Assembly (NCBI GenBank): GCA_032718475.1
Contig: JAUCBJ010005900.1
Location: 1 to 34,065, forward strand
DNA length: 34,065 nucleotides
Source: Nemertoderma westbladi
Taxonomy: Eukaryota > Animalia > Xenacoelomorpha
Direction: 5' to 3'
The stretch's first letter is position 1; every line of letters begins with the position of its first letter. The notes beneath the pieces are model-generated. The model made no database searches, was not told the origin of the DNA, and saw nothing but the letters and a program-made list of their open reading frames with translations. Positions 22,302 through 34,065 of this stretch are shown here, in pieces. A program made the position numbers and the translations under genes.

Positions 22302-22970
22302 TCAAACGTTAAACAACCAGACATCCTGACCGACGAATTGTCTATTATCGAATCCGACTGCGACGAATTACAACTGTTGATGACAGAATCGGTTTGTGGA
22401 TCTATAATCACCAACGATTCTCCTACTACCATTAGCCCTCTAACAGGTACTCCTTGTGGGTCTCCTGTAACAATCCATGATGTTGTCTCGGTTCCTTCTT
22501 TGGAGAACTTATCCGAAGAATCATCAAGTACAAAGTTAGCGATAACTCCAATAGAATCACCAGAATCGCGGACTATAAGAAAACCATTTAAATTGCGTTT
22601 TAAAATGAAAACTGATAAGTATTTAACAGAACAATACGAAACTGTTTCACGTCATACGTCTCGCATAACCAAAAATAGCATAGTATTGGAATTACCAAAT
22701 TCATGTCATGATGTATGTGAGAATGCGGTTTCTACTTTTGCGAGTGATACCAATGGTCAGTGCAGTGAAATTAATGATGTAGATGAAAAGAGTCCCTGTG
22801 TTGAGAACAGTTGCTCAACAAATAAGTGCAATGTAATTCCTTTAGACACCAATAATGACCGACTAGATAATAGTGCCTTTACAGGCACAGAATTAGTACT
22901 AGAAGACTGTTTATCTTTAGATTTGCCGGAATATGATTTCTTTAACGAGAGAAAGCCGCCCCAATATTAG
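22302..22970 (+). CDS. Probable exon encoding a Ser/Thr/acidic low-complexity polypeptide (unknown gene or pseudogene)
   Basis: Open for ~222 codons after a strong acceptor TTTCTTTCCAG (22301). A donor-like TGG|GTAAG lies at 22995/22996, 25 nt past the TAG. Confidence 0.45.
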   Translation, partial: SNVKQPDILTDELSIIESDCDELQLLMTESVCGSIITNDSPTTISPLTGTPCGSPVTIHDVVSVPSLENLSEESSSTKLAITPIESPESRTIRKPFKLRFKMKTDKYLTEQYETVSRHTSRITKNSIVLELPNSCHDVCENAVSTFASDTNGQCSEINDVDEKSPCVENSCSTNKCNVIPLDTNNDRLDNSAFTGTELVLEDCLSLDLPEYDFFNERKPPQY

Positions 22971-25900
22971 ATTATTACAACAACATATCCATTGGGTAAG
23001 AAAGTGGAGGAGAGCCAGCCCGTCTCTTAATTTTTTAGTTTATATTACGCGATCAATTTTCACTCATCTCGTCATGAACCCAACATGTAACCTTTTGTTA
23101 AATTTGTTGGCTATGCGTTTGCGGTTGTTTGGGCGGAGTGTGGTAGGCCTACACTTTTCACACTTAAATATTTTGGTTGTAAAATGTTACAGGGCATAGC
23201 GATCTGATATATTTCATATACATTTTATTATGAGAGGAAGAAGAACATACAACGTTATTTACTATATTATATGTAACGAAATAATTGTTTTTGGGTTTGG
23301 AAGCCTCCCCAAATAGTTGATATACAATTATATTTAAAATTATTTCCATGGTCATGGTCATTCACCCGTCTTTAGTTAGAAATTTGTTTGCATGAAAGAC
23401 AGTTTAGTTTAGTTTTTACTGATTTATTATCTCTTATCTGACTGGGGTAATAATAAAGGATAGGATAAATGGAAGCAAAGTGTGACAGTAACAAATATTT
23501 CCCCGTCACCCTAGCATGTCTTAAGTATATGATATATCAAAGGGGGAAGTTTGGATTCACTGCATAAATGCAGTTCACCAAACTTCCCCCGAATGCACAC
23601 TGTAACTTCCCCCTTCCCCCAAATATCCACTGTTGAATTAATTTGAAGCGATATAATAAGTACAAAATTGTGCGAGTTTTTAATTGTGTGGTCCAATTGT
23701 TATTTGATTTCTATTTATTATTTAAAGTGCATTTAATATCACACTGGTTTTTAGAATGTTATACTATACAACCTTATGTTTTATTAATTTACCCAATCGA
23801 AGCCTCATAAGGGCCGGTTATTTGTACGCATATCCCCTAATGCGCTCAGTAAGGTTCAAACAACATATTAATATGAAAATAAAGTATCTGCAAAGAAAAT
23901 AACCCAATACTATATAATTTGACCTTATTAAAAAATTTGCACTTTTGCACACTTATTTGTACAAATGCACTTTAGCAGATCGTAATGGTGGCTCTTATTT
24001 AACAAACTTATGTTTATCCTCTACCGATCTACGATGGTGTATGATCAAGTGTCAGTCGCTAAAATTGTCAAAAATCCAATTTAATAAATCTGGATTTGCG
24101 ATTTGGACCATATTCATGGACATTTTAAGTCACTTTATAGACATAAAAAGTTAAACAAATGTTACGATTATAGTTAGAAATCATTCCAAACTACATTTTA
24201 ATCCAAAAAATAACATTCTACGATGAATAGAACTGGAAATAATAGTGTTTGAAATATCGAAAAAATGTTCACTATTTAAGTGCATTTTGCACTAAGTGCA
24301 CATAAGTCTTTTCCCAAGTTTTATCCTATTTCACACACTACAATCTATCCTCTATCCAATGAAAAAAGATTCAGATCAAACGGCCCTGTAGAACCGAAGT
24401 TATTTATGTTTAAAAATAGTCACTCGAAAATTTCAAATTCTCTTGGTCACATAGTCTAGTGGTTATCAATCACGTTAATGAAACCTAAGTTCGCGGGTTC
24501 GAAATCCAATATTGACCTGACCATTCTTAATTTTTTTGCAAAAAAAATTATTTTCATTTTTTCACTAAAATCGCTCTAACTTCGGTTCTGGTGGTCCAAA
24601 TTCAATAAAATTGGTATATTCTTTGCCGTAATTTTTTTCTTAATCTTTTGAGAAGGGGTTATTTTTGGCCCCAAAAAAATTAAAAAAAAGGGCCAAAATA
24701 ACGCGATATTTTTCGACCCTTAAAATTCGTAATTTTAATTATATATGTTAAGATAAAAGATAGCGGAGTTAATTTGATACTTTTTACAGGTACTTTTGGC
24801 GCAATACGCTAAATTATAATGGAATAGCGATTTGTTAAAAAAAAAAATTTTTCGTCCCTTTTTATAAATATTATATTTCACACGATCGCCTGCCGCTCCA
24901 GTTTTATAATACCTCCGGCGCTGTGATTAACGCTGTTAGATAGATAATTTAACGCACTATAAGTCTGTGTAAACAAATCTCCCGTAAGTTAAGTAGTTTT
25001 CGAGCTAGACGATTTCCCGCGAAGCAAGTTTGAAGCGCGAAATTATAATTTTGGCCCTCATTTTTTTAATATCATCCTTGGAGCAAAACCGATAGCATAT
25101 TTGAATTCCCCGTATGGATATTGACTGTATAGAATGTACCTTAACCAACTAAAGTTAAAAATAAAAAATTATTCGATAAAAACTACTTTACAAATTCTGG
25201 CCCTTTTTGGCCCCTATTGCCGACATATTTTTTGTACCCCCATTCGATAGGAACGTAGCCCCAATGGTCTTCTACGAGTTTCATAAAAGAATTAGTGGAT
25301 TCCTACCCGCGTTGTCGAATTAAACATTTCGGAAATAAGTTTTCCAAAAAAGACGGACAAAAACGTACAAATTTACAGCCCCTTTTTCCACCCGAAATTT
25401 TAATAAATATCTTACCCCCATTCGATACGAAGGTAGTACCACTCTTCCCCTTTCCAACCGCGTTACTTTCGTCCCCGTACGATTAATATTAGCCGAGTTA
25501 TAGCGGATCCCGCAAAGTCATTTTGTCCGTTTTTTCAACTTTGACGGACATTTTCGGAAAAAAGGCGTGGTAATCTTTTTTGAAAAAAAAAACGAATTCA
25601 CTAATTAATCCCTTCTATCGTATCCCGGCGTCGGCTAAGCAATAACCTAGGGTTTTTTCGAGCCACTGTAGAGCGCCTTTCAAAAAAATTTTAAAATTGT
25701 CGAAAAAATGACGGTTTTTTGTCCGCCGTGTCCGTCGAAGGGTTAGATTTAATAATGTTAGAGTTGCTAATATCTTAGAATTCCGAGCCGCTCCCCTGGT
25801 GAGAAAATAAAAAAATTTGGTCAGTTCCTTCATCGAAAAGTCCCCCAGAATCCCAAGTTAACCTATATAGTTAGCGATGGCCTGCGGCTTTAGGAGCGGC

Positions 25901-25971
25901 CGCGGTATTCACCTCCCTCATAGCGGCCGCGGCGGTGTTGCGTCAAATGGAGAAATATTTATCCCACCAAG
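22944..25971. repeat. Long repeat copy B (type-1 flank + core); first unit of the tandem array
   Basis: Near-identical to copy A. The core runs from the GGGGGAAGTT hairpin at 23542 to CCCACCAAG. Confidence 0.95.
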
Positions 25972-28941
25972 GTGGACCCAAAATGAAGTTATACTTAAAG
26001 AAAGACCACGAGGTAAAGGGAAAAGTGTGGAGGGGGGGGGGGGGGGGGGGGGGTATGCGTCGAATGACACGAGGGGAGACGAACTGGACTCGTTAATTTT
26101 ATATTACTCGAAATTGTATGTAATATATTTTCGCTCCCAGTCTACACTCGTTCTATATACCGGTAACCCATTAATATTAATATATACTACTCAGTCGTTT
26201 GTACATAATACGAAGCCTGTAAGTTATAGTCACCGAAACATTTCAGCTCGGAAATTATAATATATGAATCAAGGATGTCTCTCTTATGATCTACATAGAA
26301 TAGATATGGTTATTGATACTGTTACATTGTGATAATGGATTCTAGGTTTCTTTCACTGGTAAATCCGTATAAAAGTTGAAGTAATAAAATTTAATTACAG
26401 AACCATAGTTCGAAGATCAGCATTTTTCATACCAGTCATTGCTTAGAAATTTTACAGGATAATATTGTTAATCTGACTTAAGTTGTTTAGGTTGAACAAA
26501 GTCTACATAGTAAACAACAGGTCCTCCAAAGAGTGTGTCTTTGGTATATTATATCATGAAGGGGGAAGTTAGATTCACTGCATAAATGCAGTTTATCTAA
26601 CTTCCCCCAAATATCTACTGTTGAATAAAATTGAAGCCATATATTAAGTCCGAAGAGGTGCGAGTTTTTTAATAAATTGTGTGGTCCATTTGTTATCTGA
26701 TCTCTATTTATTGTTTAAAGTTCATTTAAGATCACACTGGTTTTTAGAATATTACAACCTTATTTATTATTAATTTATACAATTGAACCCTTATAAGGAC
26801 CGGTTATTTGTACACATACTCCTAATGCGCTCAGTAAGGTCCATACAACATATTAATATGAAAATAAATTATCTGCAACGAAAAGAACCCAATAATACAC
26901 CATTTGACCTTATTAAAAAAAATTGCACATTTGCACACATATTTGCACAAGTGCACTTTAGCGGATCCTAAAGGTGGTTCCTATTTAACACACTTATGTC
27001 TATTCTCTACCGATCTACGATGGTGCATGATCAAGTGTCAGTCACTAAAAGTGTCAAAAATCCAATTTAATAAATCGCGACATTTGCGATTTTGGACCAT
27101 ATTCATGGACATTTTAAGTCACTTTATAGACATAAAAAGATAAACAAATGTTAAGATTATAGTTAGAAATCACTCCAAACTACATTTTAACCCAAGTAAT
27201 AACATTCTACGATGAATAGAACTGGAAATAATAGTGTTTGAAATATCGAAAAAATGTCCACTATTTAAGTGCATTTTGCACTAAGTGCACATGCGTCTTT
27301 TCCCAAGTTGTATCCTATTTCACACACTACAATCTATCCTCTATCCAATGAAAAAAGATTCAGATCAAACGGCCCAATAGAACCGAAGTTATTGATGTTT
27401 AAAAATAGTCACTCGAAAATTTCAAATTATATTGGTCACGTAGTCTAGTGGTTATCAATCATGTTAATGAAACCTAAGTTCGAGGGTATGAAATCCAATA
27501 TTGACCATTCTTAATTTTTTGTAAAAAATTTTTTTTTTTATTTTTTCACTAAAATCGCTCTAACTTCGGTTCTGATGGTCCAAATTCAATAAAATTTGTA
27601 TATTCTTTGCCGTAATTTTTTTTTCTATCTTTTGAGGGGGGGTCATTTTTGGCCCCAAAAAAAAATGAAAAAAAGGGCCAAAATTACGCGATATTTTTCG
27701 ACCCTTAAAATTCGTAATTTTAATTATAAATGTTAAGAATAAAGATAGCGGAGTTAATTTGCTACATTTTACAGGTAGTTTTGGCGCAAAGAGCTAAATT
27801 ATAATAGAACAGCAGATTATTAAGAAAAAAACGTTTTTCGTCCCTTTTTTATAAATATTATATTTCACACGATCGTCTGCCGCTCCAGTTGTATAATAGC
27901 TTCGGCGCTGTAATTAACGCTGTTAGATAGATAATTTAACGCACTATAAGTCTGTGTAAACAAATCTCCCGTAAATTAAGTAGTTTTCGAGCTAGACAAT
28001 TTCCCGCGAAGCGAGTTTGAAGCGCGAAATTTTATTTTTGGCCCTCATTTTTTTAATAGCGTCCGCAGAGCAAAACCGATAGCATATTTGAATTCCCCGT
28101 ATCGATATTGACTGTATAAAATGTACCTTAACCAACTAAAGTGAAAAATAAAAAATTATTCGATAAAAACTATTTTACATATTCTTGCCCTCTTTGGCCC
28201 CTATTGTTGACATATTTGTTGAACCCCCACTCGATAGGAACGTAGCCCCAATGGTCTTCTACGAGTTTCAAAAAAGAATTAGTGGAATCCTACCCGCGTT
28301 GTCAAATTAAACATTTCGGAAATAAAATTTCGAAAAAAAACGGACAAAAACGTAGAAATTTACGGCCCCTTTTTTCCACCCGAAATTTTAATAAATATCT
28401 TACCCCCATTCGATACGTAGGTAGTACCACTCTTCCCCTTTCCAACCGCGTTACTTTCGTCCCCGTACGATTAATAATAGCCGAGTTATAGAGGATTCCG
28501 CAAAGTCATTTTGTCCGTTTTTTCAACTTTGACGGACAATAGACGGAAAACAAGCCCGGAGGCGGGGTATTCCAAGATGTGGAAACGTCTAATTTAGACC
28601 CCCTCTTTCGATTCTCGGTGTCTTTGGATGCGTCAAATAGAGGTTTTTTAAGAGTCCTAGTGAAAAAAAGACAAAAAAACCAGACAATTGTCCGTCATGT
28701 CCGTCAAAACGATAGATTCGCTAAAAGCTCTGAAGAATCTTATTTTTTTGGCATTACGCGTCCCCCCTCGAAAAATCAAGAAAATCGTACGGCTGGAAAT
28801 AGGTCGAATGGGGGGGGAACACCGTTTTCGCAGTAACTACGCGTCCTCTATGTAGACTGCGTCCTTTAGAGGGGCGGCGAATTCACCTCACTCGACGCCG
28901 CCCTTACTGAATGTTTTTAAAAGATATTTCTTCCCACCAAG
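25972..28941. repeat. Long repeat copy C (type-2 ~590-bp linker + core), 2970 bp
   Basis: Linker G(T/C)GGACCC... shared with D and E; core colinear with A/B. Confidence 0.95.
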
Positions 28942-31846
28942 GCGGACCCAAAATGAAGTTATACTTAACGAAATACCACGAGGTAAAGGGAAAAATGATG
29001 GAGGGAGGAGGAAAGATATGGGGTATGGGTCGAATGACATGACAAGAGGGGAGACGAACTGGACTCGTTAATTTTATATTACTCTAAATTTTATGTAATA
29101 TATTTTCGCTCCCAGTGTACACTTGTTCTATATACCGGTAACCCCTTAATATTAATATATACTACTCAGTCGTTTGTACATAATACGAAGTCTGTAAGTT
29201 ATAGTCACCGAAACATTTCAGCTCAGAAATTAAAATATATGAATCAAGGATGTCTCTATTATGATCTACATAGAATAGATATGGTTATTGATACTATTAC
29301 ATTGTGATAATGGATTCTAGGTTTCTTTCACTGGTAAATCCGTATAAATGTTGAAGTAATAAAATTTAATTACAGAACCATAGTTCGAAGATCAGCATTA
29401 TTCATACCACTAATTGCTTAGAAATTTTTAATATTGTTAATCGGACTTAAGTTGTTTAGGTTGAACACAGTCTAAATAGTAAACAACAGGTCCTCCAAAG
29501 AATGTGCCTTTGGTATATTATATTAAGAAGGGGGAAGTTAGAATCACTGCATAAATGCAGTTCATCTAACTTCCCCCAAATATCCACTGTTGAATAAAAT
29601 TGGTTTTTTACTCTTTTTTACGCTTTTTAACACTGGTTTTTTAGAATATTTCAACCTTATTTTTTATTAATTTAACAAATCGAACCCTTATAAGGACCGG
29701 TTATTTGTACACATACTCCTAATGCGCTCAGTAAGGTCCAAACAACATATTAATATGAAAATAAACTATCTGCAACGAAAAGAACCCAATAATACACAAT
29801 TTGACCTTATTAAAAAAAATTTCACATTTGCACACATATTTGCACAAGTGCACTTTACCGGATCCTAAAGGTGGTTCCTATTTAACACACTTATGTCTAT
29901 CCTCTACCGATCTACAATGGCGCATGATCAAGTGTCAGTCGCTAAAAGTGTAAAAAATCCAATTTAATAAATCGCCACATTTGCGATTTTGGACCATGTT
30001 CATGGACATTTTAAGTCACTTTATAGACATAAAAAGATAAACAAATGTTAAGATTATAGTTAGAAATCACTCCAAACTACATTTTAACCCAAAAACTAAC
30101 ATTCTAGGATGTATAGAACTTGAAATAATACTGTTTGAAATATCGAAAAATTGTGCACTATTTAAATGCATTTTGCACTAAATGCACATAAGTCTTTTCC
30201 CAAGTTGTTTCCTATTTCGCACACTACAATCTATCCTCTATCCAATAAAAAAAGTTTCAGATCAAACGGCCCAGTAGAACCGAAGTTATTGATGTTTAAA
30301 AATAGTCACTCGAAAATTTCAAATTCTCTTGGTCACATAGTCTAGTGGTTATCAACCATGTTAATGAAACCTAAGTTCGCGGGTACGAAATCCAATATTG
30401 GCCATTCTTAATTTTTTGTAATAAAATTTTTTTTATTTTTTCACTAAAATCGCTCTAACTTCGGTTCTGGTGGTCCAAATTCAATAATATTGGTATATTC
30501 TTTGCCGTAATTTTTTTTTCTATCTTTTGAGAGGGGGTCATTTTTGGCCCCAAAAAAAATGAAAAAAAAGGGCCAAAATTACGCGATATTTTTCGACCCT
30601 TAGAATTCGTAATTTTAATTATAAATGTTAAGAAAAAAGATAGCGGAGGTAATTTGCTAAATTTTAAATCTACTTTTGGCGCAATACGCTAAATTATAAT
30701 GGAGTAGCGATTTATTAAAAAAAAAAATTTTTTTGCCCCTTTTTATAAATATTTCATTTCACACGATCGTGTGCCGCACCAGTTGTATAATAGCTACGGC
30801 GTTGTAACTAACGCTGAAAGATAGATAATTTAACGCTCTATAATAATGTTTAAATACGTTTACCAGACATTGAGTAGTTTTCGAGCTAGACGTGTTCCCG
30901 CGCAGCGAGTTTGAAACGCGAAATTGTAATATTGGCCCTCATTTTTTTTATATCATTTGCGCAGCAAAACCAATCGAATATTTGGATTGCCCGTATCAAT
31001 ATTAACCGTATAAAATGTACCTTAACCTTCTAGAGTCAAAAATTAAAAAGTTATTAGTTATAAATCCTTTATCAGTTTCTGGCCCTTTTTGGACCCTTTT
31101 GCCGACATATTTTTTGTACCCCCATTCGATAGGAATGTAGCCCATGTGGTCTGTTACGACTTCCGAAAAAGAATTGGCAGATTCCTACTAGCGTTTTCGA
31201 ATTAAAAATTTCGGAAATATTAATCATATAAAAATGACGGACAAAAACGGAAAAGTTCAGGCCCCTTTTTCCAACCGAAATATTTATAAATATATTACCC
31301 CCATTCGATACGAATGTAGTACCACTCTTTCCCTATCCACCCTCGTTACTTTCGTCTCCGTACGATTAATATTAGCCGAGTTATAGCGGATCCCGCAAAG
31401 TCATTTTGTCCGTTTTCTCGAGTTTGACGGACATTAGCTGGAAAACGATCGACTTAATTTTTCAAACAAAAATATGTGAAATCTAATTTTTAAACCCTCT
31501 TTCGATTCCGGGCGACGCCTAGTCCGTACAGGCGAGATTTAATTTTTTTTACATAGACCCTAATGGTGAATTCGAGCGGAGCCGACGGACAATTGTCCGT
31601 AATGTCCGTCAAACCGATAGATTCGCTAAAAGCTCTGAAGAATCTTATTTTTTTGGCATTACGCGTCTCCCCTCGAAAAATCGAGAAAATCGTACGGCTG
31701 GAAATAGGTCGAATGGGGGGGGAACACCGTTTTCGCAGTAACTACGCGTCCAGTATGTAGACTGCGTCCTTTAGAGGGGCGGCGAATTCACCTCACTCAA
31801 CGCCGCCCTTACTGAATGTTTTTAAAAAATGTTTCTTCCCACCAAG
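28942..31846. repeat. Long repeat copy D, 2905 bp
   Basis: Colinear with C, with a deletion near 29600 and a more diverged middle part. Confidence 0.95.
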
Positions 31847-34065
31847 GCGGACCCCTCAATAAAGATATACTTAACGAAAGACCACGAGGTAAAGGGAAAA
31901 GCGTGGAGGGAGGGGGAAGGATGGGGGTATGGGTCGATTGACATGACAAGAGGGGAGACCAACTGGACTCGTTAATTTTATATTACTCGAAATTTTATGT
32001 AATATATTTTCGCTCCCAGTGTACACTTGTTCTATATACCGGTAACCCCTTAATATTAATATATACTACTCAGTCGTTTGTACATAATACGAAGACTGTA
32101 AGTTATAGTCACCGAAACATTTCAGCTCGGAAATTATAATATATGAATCAAGGATGTCTCTCTTATGATCTACATAGAATAGATATGGTTATTGATACTG
32201 TTATATTGTGATAATGGATTCTAGGTTTCTTTCACTGGTAAATCCCTATAGATGTTGAATTAATAAAATTTAATTACAGAACCATAGTTCGAAGATCAGC
32301 TTTATTCATACCACTCATTGCTTAGAAATTTTACAGGATAATATTGTTAATAAATCTTAAGTTGTTTAGGTTGAACAAAGTCTACATAGTAAACAAAAGG
32401 TCCTCCAAAGAATGTGTCTTTGGTATATTATATTACGAAGGGGGAAGTTAGAATCACTGCATAAATGCAGTTCATCTAACTTCCCCCAAATATCCACTGT
32501 TTAATAAAATTGAAGCGATAAGTCCGAAAAGGTGCGAGTTTTTTTAATAAATTGTGTGGTCCATTTGTTATATGATGTCTATTTATTGTTTAAAGTTAAT
32601 TTAAGATCACACTGGTTTTTTAGAATATTTCAACCTTATTTTTTATTAATTTAACAAATCGAACCCTTATAAGGACCAGTTATTTGTACACATACTCCTA
32701 ATGCGCTCAGTAAGATCCAAACAACATATTAATATGAAAATAAAATATCTGCAACGAAAATAACCCAATAATACACCATTTGACCTTATTAAAAAAAATT
32801 GCACATTTGCACACATATTTGCACAAGTGCACTTTAGCGGATCCTAAAGGTGGTTCCTATTTAACACACTTATGTCTATCCTCTACCGATCTACGATGGT
32901 GCATGATCAAGTGTCAGTTGCTAAAAGTGTCAAAAATCCAATTTAATAAATCGCGACATTTGCGATTTTGTACCATATTCATGGACATTTTAAGTCACTT
33001 TATAGACATAAAAAGATAAACAAATGTTAAGATTATAGTTAGAAATCACTCCAAACTATATTTTAACCCAGAAAATAACATTCTAGGATGTATAGAACTT
33101 GAAATAATAGTGTTTGAATTATCGAAAAAATGTGCACTATTTAAGTGCATTTTGCACTAAGTGCACCTGCGTCTTTTCCCAAGTCGTTTCCTATTTCACA
33201 CACTACAATCTATCCTCTATCCAATGAAAAAAGTTTCAGATCAAACGGCCCAGTAGAACCGAAGTTATTGATGTTTAAAAATAGTCACTCGAAAATTTCA
33301 AATTTACTTGGTCACATAGTCTAGTGGTTATCAATCACGTTAATGAAACCTAAGTTCGTGGGTACGAAATCCAATATAGACCATTCTTAATTTTTTGTAA
33401 AAAAATTTTTTTTTATATTTTTACTAAAATCGCTCTAACTTCGGTTCTGGTGGTCCAAATTTAATAAAATTGGTATATTCTTTGCCGTAATTTTTTTTTC
33501 TATCTTTTGAGAGGGGGTAATTTTTGGCCCCAAAAAAAATGAAAAAAAAGGGCCAAAATTACGCGATATTTTTCGACCCTTAAAATTCGTAATTTTAATT
33601 ATAAATGTTAAGAAAAAAGATAACGGAGGTAATTTGCTAAATTTTAAATATACTTTTGGCGCAATACGCTAAATTATAATAGAGTAGCGATTTATTAAAA
33701 AAAACATTTTTTTCGTCCATTTCTATAAATATTTTATTTCACACGATCGTCTGCCGCACCAGTTGTATAGTAGCTACGGCGTTGTAACTAACGCTGGAAG
33801 ATAGATAATTTAACGCTCTATAAGAATGTTTAAATATGTCTCCCAGACGTTGAGTAGTTTTCGAGCTAGACGTGTTCCCGCGCAGCGAGTTTGAAACGCG
33901 AAATTTTAATATTGGCCCTCATTTTTTTTATATCATTTGTGCAGCAAAACCAATCAAATATTTGGATTGCCCGTATGAATATTAACCGTATAAAATGTAC
34001 CTTGACCTTCTAGAGTTAAAAATTAAAAAGTTATTTGTTATAAATCGTTTATAATTTTCTGGCCC
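31847..34065. repeat. Long repeat copy E (partial, runs off the window)
   Basis: Colinear with D; shares D's diagnostic middle-region variants. Confidence 0.95.

Noticed and set aside
14865-25971. Copies A and B as the LTRs of one 11-kb retroelement
   Set aside because: No TG...CA ends, PBS, gag/pol or TSD, and the same core continues as a tandem array.
15435-33019. Short recurring ORFs inside the long repeat (MDHTIK..., MDSYPR..., MTLLKK..., MACGFR...)
   Set aside because: They recur only because the DNA is repeated; frames are broken by indels between copies and show no protein motifs.
22944-34065. rDNA, 5S or histone gene tandem array
   Set aside because: No recognisable rRNA, snRNA or histone sequence in the unit.

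Overview
AT-rich eukaryotic (probably invertebrate animal) genomic DNA dominated by mobile elements and repeats; no prokaryotic operon or CRISPR is visible. Left to right: the 5' half of a BEL/Pao LTR retrotransposon on the minus strand (long Gag with DUF1759-like region, three Cys-His knuckles and a DSG aspartic protease running off the window edge; ~3.2 kb repeat-rich leader; candidate PBS/LTR); an intronless, probably GPI-anchored 10-Cys protein gene; a perfect (GTGCC)178 tract; a decayed L2/CR1-group LINE abutting an RTE-clade fragment; a 62-bp minisatellite; an internally deleted Merlin (IS1016-like) transposon missed by the ORF track; a small single-pass membrane ORF; several fold-back elements; and five copies (A-E) of a ~2.4-kb non-coding unit, one dispersed and four in a ~2.9-3.0 kb tandem array. 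This unit is the most interesting object: hairpins at both ends keep their pairing despite sequence changes between copies, it carries a 73-nt tRNA-like module between 13-bp inverted repeats, and it holds a hypervariable cassette bounded by 10-bp inverted repeats. It may be an unclassified structured, possibly rolling-circle, non-autonomous element. All alignments and translations were done by eye.
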